Origin: Octopus vulgaris
Lineage: Eukaryota
Length of the DNA: 64,000 nt
Direction of reading: 5' to 3'
NCBI GenBank assembly: GCA_951406725.2
Contig: OX597815.1
Span: forward strand, 157,480,001-157,544,000
Both the position numbers and the translations under genes were made by a program. Position 1 is the first letter of the stretch. Each line of letters opens with the position of its first letter. This document shows positions 39,389 through 52,329 of the stretch, piece by piece. The notes beneath the pieces are model-generated. The model was not told the origin of the DNA and searched no databases. It saw only the letters and a list, made by a program, of their open reading frames with translations.

Positions 39389-40423
39389 TTAAATAATAAG
39401 GTCTAAGCTATATTAATTATATATGAAAAAACGCAAAGTGACTATGACTCGAACGCTTTTTATCATGTTTCCTCTATCCAAGATTGACCTAAGTCTAAAA
39501 AATATTAATATCAATGCATTAGAAACTACACAGCTTCCAGTACATGAAAATACTTGCTATTAATCTCCCATGTGCATGACGAGACAATTTTCCAATCCGT
39601 CTTTCCAAACATTTATATCCACTTGAACTCTACTGCTGCTAAATATTTCTTTCTAGCCAATAACTTTAAATTGTTCGTTCTGAATAGTATCGTATCCAGT
39701 TATTCCAATATTTCAGCTTGTGGAGGTTCAAAACAGACATTATTAAAAGCATTGTATTTTGTCTGGCGAGTGAACAAATACAGGCTGGCTGCAATTAAAT
39801 TATATAAAATGGTAGTCATAGCCGCCATTCATAAATGTTTATGACTAGATAGCATGTACAATTCCTTTGCTAATAGTTTTAGACGTCTATGGATTCACAA
39901 ACAGACATAGATGCAATATCGGTGCTCCAAACCTTAACCCAGTGGAACATTAAGAATGTGACAGCTGGTGAGAGAGAGTGAACTGCACCAACACTCAGTT
40001 GATGTTTATTTTTCGCTAAGTCTACTTGAACAACGTGAATTAAAATAAAATACGATGTTCAAAGACACAACGTTCAACCAAGTCAGGAGTCGAACTCACG
40101 ACATTATGATTATGTTCCCAACACCTAACCACAGGGCCACGCGCCTAGTGGGTACAGTGTTGGGTGCACATTCATAAGACAGGTGTGTGTGTGTGCATGT
40201 ATATATGTGTATATGTATATATATATATGTGTGTGTGTATGTATGTGTGCGCGTGCATGTGTGTGTATGTGTGCGCGTGCATGTGTGTGTGTGTGTGCAC
40301 GTGTGTGTGTGTGTGTAAAAATTACAATACCCAGACAAGATACGTGATACAGAAATAATAAAGACAAGAAATTTGCAGTTCTTTTTGTCTTGTAATTATC
40401 TAAATCATTCCAAAATATATTAC

Positions 40424-41220
40424 TACGAAGATCGGTTGAAAAGTTCATAGGCTGACCAAGATACTCTCATAGAGAGTTCAAAGTCACAGTCACTCACATC
40501 ACCCATTGAAAGCAAGAAGTTTTGTACTGGGACATATAGTCTTGATGAAACAAGATCTCTTTCGTGAGATTTCCTGGACGTTTGGTCTTGATAGCCTTTC
40601 GTAACTGCCTCAGCAAGTTGGCATAGTACTATCTGTTTAATGGCGTGGAGTTTTAAAAAATACTCTTTAAACACAATACCTTTTGCGTCCCCAAAAAACT
40701 GAAGCCATTACCTTCCCTGTAGATGAAACTATTATGGCCTTCTTTGGAGCAGGTGAAGGGAATCAGCTGGATCTGCCCGAAACATTGTCAGATTTTCCCA
40801 TGATGAGATCAGCCTTGTGCGCATTTGATCAGGTGTCAGAAGACGTCGTGGCACCTCTCAAACAGAAACCTTCCACATGCCAAGTTCAGTGTGCAGAATA
40901 TTCTCAACTCCCTCGCGGAATACGCTAATAGCACTGGCTATTTGATTTATAGTCAATCGCCTGACATCGATCAGCATGTGGTGAACACGATCAATGTTCT
41001 TTTCGTTGGTGACTGCTGCAGGACGTCCAGACCTTGGGTCATCTTCAAGACTCTCCGTTCCCCTATTCAGCTGCCCACTTTTGCACTGTTGATAAAGCTA
41101 TCATGAATAGCCTTGAGGGCTAAACCTGTTTTTTCTACAGGTACTTGAAAAGTCACGATGCCAAATTTTGTCGATTTTCAAGAAAAATCGCTAATGACTA
41201 CTTTTGAAATCTTCTTTGAA
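40424..41220 (-). mobile_element. Decayed, internally deleted mariner
   Basis: TIR-like tacgaagatcggttgaaaagttcataggctgacc; reverse-complement similarity to the copies at 57595 and 61440 (for example tttatcaacagtgcaaaagt). Confidence 0.75.
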
Positions 41221-41389
41221 CATTTAGATGTCAGTTTACCTCTGTGTGTGTGTATGTGTGTGTGTGTATGTATGTATGTATGTATGTATGTATGTATGTA
41301 TTTATGTACGTACGTACGTATGTATGTATGTATGTATGTATGTATGTATGTATGTATGTATGTATGTATGCATGCATGTATGTATGTAG

Positions 41390-41545
41390 TTGGAATTTAG
41401 AGAAAAACAAAAGACGAAGACAGGTGTATAAACATCAGATGTATTAGTTTAACGCTCGGGAAGGTGAGAAAGTCTTTTACGCTTCGAGCCTACGTTCTTC
41501 AACAGAAAGGAACACGGGAAGAAAAACAGAGAGAGAATAAAAAAA
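41390..41545 (-). mobile_element. Penelope-like pseudo-LTR fragment with a degenerate minimal hammerhead
   Basis: Minus strand 41509-41474: cttt-CTGTTGA-a-gaac-gtag-gctc-GAAG-c-GTA-aaag. Confidence 0.55.
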
Positions 41546-41779
41546 GCTTTAGGGACTAACGGTCAATCATGACGGCTGGCTGTAAGAGCAATTACTGATT
41601 CCTTATTCCAGGTAGTTAATATAAGTCCAACCCCTCTGTTGGCATTGGCGGATATCAAGTGGAACTGGTTTATACTAATTGAATGTGATTCATTTTTTTG
41701 CGACTGCCAACTAGAGATCATGTTCAAATACTGTATTAAGTTGAAAAATTTATTTTGAGTATTATTATCAACTCGCAAT

Positions 41780-42500
41780 TTTAAATGCTTTATCAAAACC
41801 ATTGTCCTGCGTTCGTAATGTAGCTAGATTTTAATCTATTCTGTGCCATAATTATTAAGCTTGGATAAAACATTTCTCCATAAATACAACACACACCTTT
41901 TTGCTCCAGGATTATACAAGAGTTCAGATTCTATAATATTCTTAGATATAAGGACGTTTGCAATCCCACTGTATTTCAGTTTCTAGATGTACTGTGATAA
42001 GAGATAGTTGATTCAGCCTCTTAAACTTAAGGTATATGTGTGTTGATTAGATCAGCTCTGATATATCTATTAAGTTTGCATCATAGTTTATCTGAATAAG
42101 CACTGTTTGGTATTGAAGTGGGACTGTCTACCTGCGCTTTAAGAAAACATAAAATATTAATAAAAGTTCTGCGTGGTACAGAAATTGTTAGTTAGCTGTT
42201 AGAGTAAGGACTGCGACGGCAGGGGTAAGCTACCTTTGTGTTTTCAGTTGTTTTGTATAATTTGTTAGGCGATGTTGCCCAAACAGCAGCATCTTACTTT
42301 CGTCTTAATATGGTTGGAAGAGTGTGAATTTATGTATGACAAGAAAATACTTAAGTAATTATAACAGTAAGGTTCTCGCTATATTCGTTTTTACTTTCTT
42401 GCTGCAAGGTGGATTAAGCCATACAATATCTCTCTTTGTATCTGCTTCCTTACGAGGGATGCTATTTATGAACTATTTACTTGTTAAAGCCATAAACCTA
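41780..42500 (-). mobile_element. Heavily decayed Penelope-like element (RT/GIY-YIG linker and endonuclease end)
   Basis: Manual translation gives KRDIVWLNPPCSKKVKTNIARTLL and YNPGAKRCVLYL, resembling the PLE motifs IIWFNPPYS..VKTNIG and YN...KRC.LCL; a related piece lies near 46288-46345. Confidence 0.7.
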
Positions 42501-43601
42501 AAAGTCGTTTTAATTAACAAGACACCATCCGATACTGGTCCATAGGTAAGCCTTCCCTAAATGAAACCCGAAAGAAGAAAACTACATACATCCACAAATG
42601 TTCCAACCAGCCCCAAGCATTATCAAAAATTTCGTATGTAAAGTAAATAGGAGAATATCCAACGTATTTTCTAATAGGATTATATTCAATCGTGTCCACC
42701 TTAATTTCAGTGTTGCATTACTCAACAGCAGCTTTAGCAGACAAATCGTTAATAAGCAATAATCTTCAGCGGCGAGCGGGCAAAACCTTTAGCCCACCGG
42801 GAAAAATGCTTAGTGGCATTTCGTCCGTCTGTGTATTCTGAGTTCAAATTCCGCCGAAGTTGACTTTGCCTTTCATACTTTTGGGGGTCGTTAAAATAAG
42901 TACCAGTTGAATACTAGGATCGACGTAATCAACATACCCCATTACTCGAATTTACTCGCCAATTGCCAAAATTTGAAATCAATAAAAGGCTTATTTCTTA
43001 GAAATCGAATGATAAACTTTCATACTATAAGACAAATATTTTCAGTTTTGCTTCATTTACTTGCAGCGCATATGTGAAGACAGGAAGAGTTATCTTTCGT
43101 AGGAATTTTGAAGTACATCTCTGGGAAATTCTTTCGTTCGAATAACCAATCTGTGAACGCTTGATTTAAGGTATCTTGTTCCAGAAGTTAAACGTTATGG
43201 AAAACAACATTATGCAAAAAAAGTCATAAGTAGATCGTCTGATACAACTCCGCCATTCGTCCTTACGTAATTATAGTTTCCACTTGGAGTGATTTTTTGC
43301 AATGACAGACAATCAAACTTAATCTTAATCTTAAAGTAAAATAAATCTGTTATTCTCAAATAATCGCTTTGTGCATTGATAATTGTGCGTTGCTTTGTCA
43401 AGCACGCAACACCATGCAACGGTACAGTAACAATGGTGAAAAAATTCCACAGCATTGTATTCACTGACGTTTTCCAATGTTAACATTTTCTCCTAAACTA
43501 TAATAGCTTCCGGATAATAAATTTAGTAAATTACGATAAATTTATATATACATTGATATTTTAGAAGCTATCTTTACCGTAACACACACGCGCGTGTATA
43601 A

Positions 43602-43683
<82 letters not shown>

Positions 43684-43685
<2 letters not shown>

Positions 43686-43879
43686 GGGGGGTGCTGAAAA
43701 GTTCCTGGCTTTAAGGGTATCTCGAAAGGCCTGGTTAGGGGCCCAATCTTCTGAGTTCTTTTACAGGGAGAAAAAACTGAAGGACCGCTGCAATAAGTGG
43801 GAATATGCTGAATGAAATCATGATTAACTGATCCTCTGGCATTTTCTTTTACCCAAAACAACGAACTTTTCAGCACCCG
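43684..43879. mobile_element. Mariner-derived MITE (~195 bp)
   Basis: gggtgctgaaaagttc ... gaacttttcagcaccc inverted ends, next to (TA)n. Confidence 0.75.
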
Positions 43880-43938
<59 letters not shown>

Positions 43939-43991
43939 GAAGGTTGAAAAGGAACACATGAGTTGATATGTATAAGGAAACTAAGACAATG

Positions 43992-44320
43992 TAGAGAATG
44001 GTAAAATAATTTTATCATGAACATTTTAGAATCGGTTTCAGTCTTTCCGACTTTTTCAACTTTGAGTAAAGCATGAAAAGCAATTAAATTGCTACCTGTT
44101 ACCAAACCCTCACAAGAGTAAAAAATGAGAGACAGAGACAGACTGAAAAAAGGAAAATGTCCCTTGCATTTGAAAACTATAGAAATATTTTTTTAAACAT
44201 TTCATTTAATTTTTCTACAATTTAAGTGTTTTTCATGCTTTGCTCTAATTTGAAAAAGTTGCAAAGACTGAAACCGGTACTAAAATGTTCTTCATGACAA
44301 AATTATTTTAGCATTTTCTA
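43992..44320. mobile_element. Fold-back MITE with ~100-bp imperfect TIRs
   Basis: aaaataattttatcatgaacattttagaatcggtttcagtcttt..tttttcaa pairs with ttgaaaaa..aaagactgaaaccggtactaaaatgttcttcatgacaaaattatttt. Confidence 0.8.
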
Positions 44321-44350
44321 TCGTGTCTTATTTTCCCCATATATATATAT

Positions 44351-44752
44351 GGAGTGGCTGTGTGGTAAGTAGCTTGCTAACCAACCACATGGTTCCGGGT
44401 TCAGTCCCACTGCGTGGCACCTCGGGCAAGTGTCTTCTGCTATAGCCCCGGGCCGACCAATGCCTTGTGAGTGGATTTGGTAGACGGAAACTGAAAGAAG
44501 CCTGTCGTATATATGCATATATATATATGTATGTGTGTGTGTGTTTGTGTGTCTGTGTTTGTCCCCCTAGCATTGCTTGACAAACGATGCTGGTGTGTTT
44601 ACGTCCCCGTCACTTAGCGGTTCGGCAAAAGAGACCGATAGAATAAGTACTGGGCTTACAAAGAATAAGTCCCGGGGTCGATTTGCTCGACTAAAGGCGG
44701 TGCTCCAGCATGGTCGCAGTCAAATGACTGAAACAAGTAAAAGAGTAAAGAG

Positions 44753-44753
<1 letters not shown>
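44351..44753 (+). mobile_element. Full-length tRNA-derived SINE with an internal microsatellite
   Basis: tggctgtgtggtaag...gggttcagtccc head, gggcaagtgtcttct core, ccagcatggtcgcagtcaaatgactgaaacaag tail; other copies near 31578, 33610, 49458, 53790, 55570, 60528 (+) and 44955, 45655, 46706 (-). Confidence 0.9.
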
Positions 44754-44787
<34 letters not shown>

Positions 44788-44881
44788 TCAATGTCTAATA
44801 AGCATGTACTCAAATTAAAAACATTGAATAATCCATCAGTTTAATGTTAAATCGGTCGATATAAAAAACATTAACATACAC

Positions 44882-44943
<62 letters not shown>

Positions 44944-45327
44944 GTGTGCATCCTTTATCTTTTACTTGTTTCAGTCATTAGACTGCAACCGTGCTGGGGT
45001 ACCGCCTTGAAGGGTTTTAGTCGAATTTTTTAATCAGTGGTGGGGTGACAAACACAAATGGGAAGACACACGCATAGACAGATATACATAAATATACACG
45101 ACGGGCTTCTTTCAGTTTCCGTCACTAAATCAACTCACAAGGGTTTTGTTGGCCCGAGGCTATAGTAGAAAACACTTACCCAAGGTGCCACGCAGTGAGA
45201 CTGAACCCAGAATCATGTAGCTGGGAAGCAAGTTTCTTACCACACAGCCACTCCTGCGCCTACACATATATATAAATACATACATATATATATATGTACG
45301 CATGGAGGTGTATGTGTGTGGCTAGAA

Positions 45328-45402
<75 letters not shown>

Positions 45403-45403
45403 T

Positions 45404-46155
45404 GTTTCTTTATTAGCCACACAGGGCTGCACACAGACAGAACAAATTACAAGGTAGAGCTTTTCTTTGGGGGGTAAAAAAAGGGGGTTGGTTTTCGATC
45501 AAAAGGGATCGTAAAAGGAAAGAAAGAGGACAAAAAAGGGGGGGAGAGGGAAAAAAAGAAAAGGGAGAGGAAAAAAAATTGATCAATAGGGATCGTAATC
45601 ACAGAAATGATAGATAGATAGATACACACACAAACACACTTATATATACATATACACGACGGGCTTCTTTCAGTTTCCGTCACCAAATCAACTCACAAGG
45701 GTTTTGTTGGCCCGAGGCTATAGTAGAAAACACTTACCCAAGGTGCCACGCAGTGAGACTGAACCCAGAACCATGTAGCTGGGAAGTAAGTTTCTTACCA
45801 CACAGCCACACCTGCGCCTACACATATATATAAATACATACACATATGTACGTGTGTGTATGTGTGTGTGTATGTATGGCTAGAAATAGATAGATAAGTT
45901 TCTTTATTGGCCACACAGGGCTGCACACAGATGGGACAAGTTACAAGGTAGAGCTTTTCTTTTGGGGGAGAAAAAAAAAAGGTGGTGTAGGTTTTCGATC
46001 AAAAGGGATCGTAAAAGGGAAAAAAGAACAACAAAAAAAGAAGAAAAAAAGGAAAAGAAAAAAAAAGAAAAAAGAAAAGAAAAAAGGGGAAAAAAAAGAA
46101 AAATCAAAAGAGAAGAAAAAAGAAGAAAAAAGGGGGAGAGGAAAGAAAAACGATC

Positions 46156-46157
<2 letters not shown>
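45404..46157 (-). mobile_element. Two LINE-like 3' UTR fragments (45404-45608, 45898-46157) in (GATA)n, part of a ~560-bp tandem duplication
   Basis: Minus strand T-rich UTR ending gtgtgcagccctgtgtgg[c/t]aataaagaaac followed by TATC repeats; the adjacent SINE heads (45095-45260, 45655-45820) are also duplicated. Confidence 0.65.
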
Positions 46158-46253
<96 letters not shown>

Positions 46254-46705
46254 CACACACACACACACCTGAATAAGTTTCGGCCAGAATTTATGTATGA
46301 CAAGAAAATACTTATCTAATTGTAGCAGTAATTATAACAGTAAGACATTTAACAGTGTTTCATATTACAGTCATTTTGGGGAAACGATAACCCATTCAAA
46401 TAAAAAGATTATTGTTTGCAGAGATGTATCTGTAGGTGATTTATCTGGAACTTGTTGGGACCGTCTGAATGCTTGTAAGATCGTTTTTCTTCTCTTGTGT
46501 GTTAGGTATGATTTTTTAAGAGAGCATGGTAAGTTGAGGTGAAATAGTCTTACTTTAGTGTTGCGATGTGATACAAGTACGATTTTCATAGAGGACGGGT
46601 GGCACGGGGGACCAAACTTTGGGTGAATTTTAATAAAATCATCGTTAGCATTGTTGCACTATTTACTCGTCACCAACAAAAGCGATACTTGTCACATTCG
46701 CGCAT

Positions 46706-46908
46706 ACTCTTTTACTTGTTTCAGTCATTTGACTGCGACCATGCTGGAGCACCGCCTTTAGTCGAGCAAATCGACCCCCAGGACTTATTCTTTGTAAGCC
46801 TACTACTTATTCTATCGGTCTCTCTTGCCGAACCGCTAAGTTACGGGAACGTAAACACACCAGCATCGGTTGTCAAGCAATGCTAGGGGGACAAACACAG
46901 GCACACAT

Positions 46909-46989
<81 letters not shown>

Positions 46990-47155
46990 TACGACAGGCT
47001 TCTTTCAGTTTCCATCTACCAAATCCACTCACAAGGCATTGGTCGGCCCAGGGTTATAGCAGAAGACACTTGCCCAAGATGCCACGCAGTGGGACTGAAC
47101 CCAGAACCATGTGGTTGTTAAGCAAGCTACTTATCACACAGCCACTCCTGCGCCT
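46706..47155 (-). mobile_element. Full-length tRNA-derived SINE (family of 44351)
   Basis: Reverse complement of 44351-44753 with an expanded internal (TA)n. Confidence 0.9.
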
Positions 47156-47937
47156 ATGTTTGATATATTTTACTTTCTTTTTAATTTATGACTCTTTTAT
47201 AGATCAATGATATTTATTTCCATTCTTCTCCTCTTAATATTCACTAAGCAGTTATTTCTCTGTCTATAAACTGACGTATATGTTCCCATGGTAACGAACC
47301 TCACGTTCTTGAGGAACGTGACACAAACAGGAAACTCTGAGTAGCATCGGTGTGAATGAACTCTGATACATATTAACGTAAACGTTTCTCTTTGATTTTT
47401 TAAAATATATTTCTTTCTACAGCCAAGCACGTGCGTATGTAGGTTGTAGTCTGTACGTATGTATGTATGTAAATGTGCATGCATCTATGTATATATAAGT
47501 GTATGTACGTATATGCGTATGTATGCTTGTGTGTGTACGTGAGTGTGTATGTGCATGCGTGCTTGCATTGTGCATTGTGCATTTGATGGTAGTAACCTAC
47601 ACGCATTTGCTGACGAAAAACATTTAGTCTGACAAGGTGTGCATGCGCGCGCACGTATATACATACATGTGTAAATAATAATAAATAAATGCGCCCTTTT
47701 AAAGCCTAGCCAGGCTCGTGGGCCCGGTTTCCCGGTTTCAGTGACGCATGTGTTTCCCGGCTGGACGGGACGCCAGTCCATCGCAGCGTTACTCATTTTT
47801 GCCAGCTGAGTGGACTGGAGCAACGTGAAATGAAGTGTTTTGCTCAAGAACACAACGCGTCGCCCGGTCCAGGAATCGAAATCACAATCTTGCGATCATG
47901 ATGCTGACACCCTAACCACTAAGCCACGCGCCTCCAC

Positions 47938-47994
<57 letters not shown>

Positions 47995-48038
47995 TACACA
48001 CACACACACGCACACACATATATATATATGTATGTATG

Positions 48039-48081
<43 letters not shown>

Positions 48082-48166
48082 TTTAATCATATAAAGGGAA
48101 ATGGAAATTAATTAAAATTTACATTTCCTGTGGTCTAATATATAGTCAAAAAGACTATATATTAGT

Positions 48167-48498
48167 CATACGACACGGTGTATATCTAAACACATAAGGA
48201 ATCCACTTATAGGGATTCTACACGCTAGAAAGAACAGCTAGGTTCTATAACCACAAAAATTAGGGATAAAATTCGACAGGAATAAATTTAGAAATGAAAA
48301 ACATTTACCATCAAGTTTCCTGAACCAATTGGTTTCCGGGTCCAAGAAACAAGATGGTAAATGTTTTTCATTTCTAAATTTATTCCTGTCGAATTTTATC
48401 CCTAATTTTTGTGGTTATAGAACCTAGCTGTTCTTTCTAGCGTGTAGAACCCCTATAAGTAGATACCTTATGTGTTTAAATATACACTATATCGTATG
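48167..48498. repeat. 332-bp palindrome (146-bp arms, 40-bp structured spacer) between (TA)n tracts
   Basis: 48167-48312 versus 48353-48498 inverted; the inner half is essentially perfect. Confidence 0.95.
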
Positions 48499-48499
48499 T

Positions 48500-48569
<70 letters not shown>

Positions 48570-48628
48570 ATGTATGTATATGTATGTATGTATATATATA
48601 TATGTATGTATGTATATATATATATATG

Positions 48629-48678
<50 letters not shown>

Positions 48679-49139
48679 ACACACACACACACATGTCGGT
48701 TCAAGGGAAGCAATTCTTGGTCACTTATGCTCGGCAATTATTTCATTTCATCATAACTATATATAACATAACTAAGGCAGCGAGTTGACAGGCTTCGTTG
48801 GCACACCTGGTAAAATACGTAGCAGCATTTCGTCAGTCTTTACGGTCTAAGTTCAAATTCTGGCCGATGTTGACTCCACCTTTCATCCATTCGAGGGCGA
48901 TAAAGTAAGTACCAGTTGAGCACTGGCGGCGATACATCGACCTTAAACCGCCACCAAAATTGCTGATCTTGTACCAAATTTTGAAACCAGTAATTATGTA
49001 ATATGCACTCTCTCTCTCTCTTGTCATCATCGTCGTCGTCGTCGTCGTCATCATCATCATCATCATTCGAAGGGTTTTAAAATGCGAGAAAGCACATAGT
49101 GGCCAAAGATGTATAGCAATATCTGATAGTCAGGTCGAT

Positions 49140-49372
49140 ATAGTGATACATATATATATAGAGAGAGAGGGGGGGAGAGAGAGAGAAAGAGAGAGGGGGA
49201 AAGGGAGAGAGAAAGAGAGAGAGACACATATATATTGTAAGAGAGAAGGCGGAAGAGAGAGGAAGACCGAGAGAGAGAGAGAAAGAGAGAGAGAAAAAGA
49301 GAGTGAAAGAGAGAGAGAGAGAGAGAAAGTGACACATATTGTAAGAGAGAAGGCGGAAGAGAGAGGAAGACC

Positions 49373-49409
<37 letters not shown>

Positions 49410-49450
49410 ACATATATTGTAAGAGAGAAGAAGACCCAGAGAGAGAGAGA
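49140..49450. repeat. GA-rich minisatellite, three units
   Basis: acacata(ta)ttgtaagagagaag... recurs at about 49223, 49332 and 49406. Confidence 0.85.
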
Positions 49451-49633
49451 GTGAGCCACAGGTGTGGGTCTGTGTTGAGAAGTTTATTTCGCAATCACAT
49501 GGTCCTGGGTTCAATCCCACTTTGCGGCACCTTCAGAAAGTGTCTTCTACTATAGCCTCGAGTCGACCAAAGCTTTGTGAGTGGATTTGATAGACGGAAA
49601 CTGAAAGGACCCCATCGTGTGTGTGTGTTTGTT

Positions 49634-49704
<71 letters not shown>

Positions 49705-50450
49705 ACGTCAGGTCACTTTCGAGTGCTACTGGTAACATGTAACCCAGTACGACCTGTTGCGACTAAACCGGCAACCCCACCAAGTTTGCTTGGTGAGGAG
49801 GGTGTTTATTGGACACCCTGCGGGATGAAAAACAAAACCCGTCAAAGGGCGGAGGAACTCTTGAGACTCAATGGCCATCCAATACATCTCTTAATGCTGT
49901 ATCAAGTGCGGGAACATAGAAATAATCGGACTGAATACCCGATCGCGTGGTTAAACCATTGGGAGTGAAGAACTCCTAGCCTTTGTTAGGGCATCCTTCT
50001 AGAAGGTAACTCAGGTAACTTGGATAACTCCGTCATAAAACCTGCGACTCAGTGGTTACCGATGATGTTGACTTGTTCTTCTTTTCGGATTATGGCTGCT
50101 GTTGCTTAATGAGTGGGACTAACTCAGTGCACAGCCTTTCCTCGCATTCTGTGATGCGAGTGCTTCCGAAAGAAAGAAAATTGTCTACTTGTTTTTTCTG
50201 GTGCGTTCGAGACAGTGATATTGAAATCTGGATAGATTTTGGTTCGAACAAATTGTACAAGTATTTTGTTTTTCTGGATGTTTGTTGTAAGACCGAAGCG
50301 AGAAAGTCGTCGAGAACAGTATCCAAGCTACCCATGTCACTTTTGGAAAACTTTTTCTGCGTATCTTCGAAAAGAAGAACTTGAAACTAGAAATCAAGCT
50401 CACGGTGTATCAAGCCATAGTTGTTTTCAGTCTATAGTTAAGTGGCGTGG
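49705..50450 (+). mobile_element. RTE-like LINE remnant: GC-rich putative 5' UTR plus a decayed RT C-terminal piece
   Basis: About 50300-50430 reads ENSIQATHVTFGKLFLRIFEKKNLKLEIKLTVYQAIVV (RTE-like AFG.L..RVF...TKL.VY.A.V); the 5' UTR assignment is inference. Confidence 0.55.
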
Positions 50451-52329
50451 ACTTTGTACCGCAGGGACTCCTACTTTTCTCCTTTCTAACTACCTTTTTC
50501 ACCAAATCTGCAATATTAACAAACCTCATCAATTTTATCATTTTTTACCCAACTTCTTTGCATGAATTTGTTTTTTGTTGGTTTTTTTTGCTTTTTTGGG
50601 GGGTGGGGGGTTATAAAAAGTTTAACTCAATATGTTAGATCTGTATTTTCTCCCGTTTCGTGTATATATTTTCATTATATACATCTTTCAATATTGGGAA
50701 GGCGGCGATAAGGCAGAATCTTTAGCGCGCCGGGCAAAATGCTTAGGAGCGTTTCGTCCATCTTTACGTTCAGTGTTCAAATTCCGCCAAGATTGACTTT
50801 GCCTTTCATCATTTCGGGGCTAATAAAATAAGTATCAGTTGAGCAGTGGAACCGATGTAATCGACTTACAACCCTCCTCCAAATTTGCTGGCCTTGTGCC
50901 AAAATCTGAAACTAATATTAATGTTCCGGTTCATTTTTCTTCCCTTTTCCACCACTTCTAACGTCTACTTGTCTATTGTCATAGATTACTTTTTGCCACT
51001 GCCTTACCTTATATTCGTCCTTGTTTTACTTCCTTGTGTCTTGGGGGGGGGTATGTGTGCGCGTGCGTGTGTGCGTGTGTGTGAGCGCGTGTGTGTGTGT
51101 AGCGAGACAGAGATAAACATATATATCTATTATATATGATATACATATATATCTATTATATAAAATCCGTTCTGTCTGTCTGTGTGTGTGTGTCTTCTAG
51201 GATCACGGGCATCCTCCATCCGATTGCGCTCAAATTTGATATATAGATACCGACGGTATCAGAGCATGTATGAGTCTTGAAAAAATTACAAAAATCGATT
51301 CCAGGTGAAAATGCGATCGATAAAGCCGTTTTTTTCCTGCTTTTCTTCCGTCAACCTGTACATAACTGCACCTTCCATTTTTTTTTTGTTTTTGTACTGC
51401 TTAAAGGCACGTTTCTTTCCTGCCAAACTTACTGTTTAAACCATGTTTGTGTTCTCCCAGTCAATACCCTTATCATTACAGGTACTTTAAACTCTTCGGT
51501 TGCATATTTGTGTGAATAAAATCGTTTTTCTTTGGAATAGAAAAAAGTCTATCTTTATTTCTTCTTTTGCTGGTGTCTCAAATTTGGGTTAAATCAGTGT
51601 TTCTCAAAGGACGGTCGGACAAGTTGTTTTGAGAAAATTTGGTTTAAATGTTTGACAACTCAGCACCGTCCATTGGACGGTGGGGGGTGCTCGAATATAT
51701 ATATATATGCATACACTCACGCACACACACACACACACACACAAGCATACAACCATTAATCCCGGCACGTTTTTTTTTTCACTTCATGGTGGTGGTGGTG
51801 GCGGTGGCGGCGGCAGCGGCAGTGGAGATGATGGGAGTGGTGGTGACGGTGGTGGTAACGTTTCTGTTATTGCAGCTGATGATGTTGATCAGCGTGATTG
51901 AACAGATCTATAAACAAAGGCATTCCAGTCGTGACCATGCCGTCTTTCCATTTTAGACAGTGAACCATATTATTCAATAACTCTTCACTCACTCACTTTT
52001 TATTTACAGAGTCCGAAGGAAAAAATATAGTGTTCATGACTTTTACAGGCCTCCAGGCCCTCTGGGTGAATGAACTTGATGTCGCTAATATGCTGCAGAT
52101 CAACGCCAGCAGGAAGAAGATTCCAGAAGGAGGATGTTCAGTGTGTGTGTGTGTTTTTTTTAACCATATATATATGTAATGTGTGTGTGTGTGTGTGTGT
52201 GCGTGTGTGTGTGTGTGCGTGTGTGTGTGTGTGTGTGTTACATTTGGAGATGGTCATATTTTCGCCAATTAACCACTCGATCTTAACTTCAGTTTTATCC
52301 TTATTCATATTCATATTCATATTTTACTG

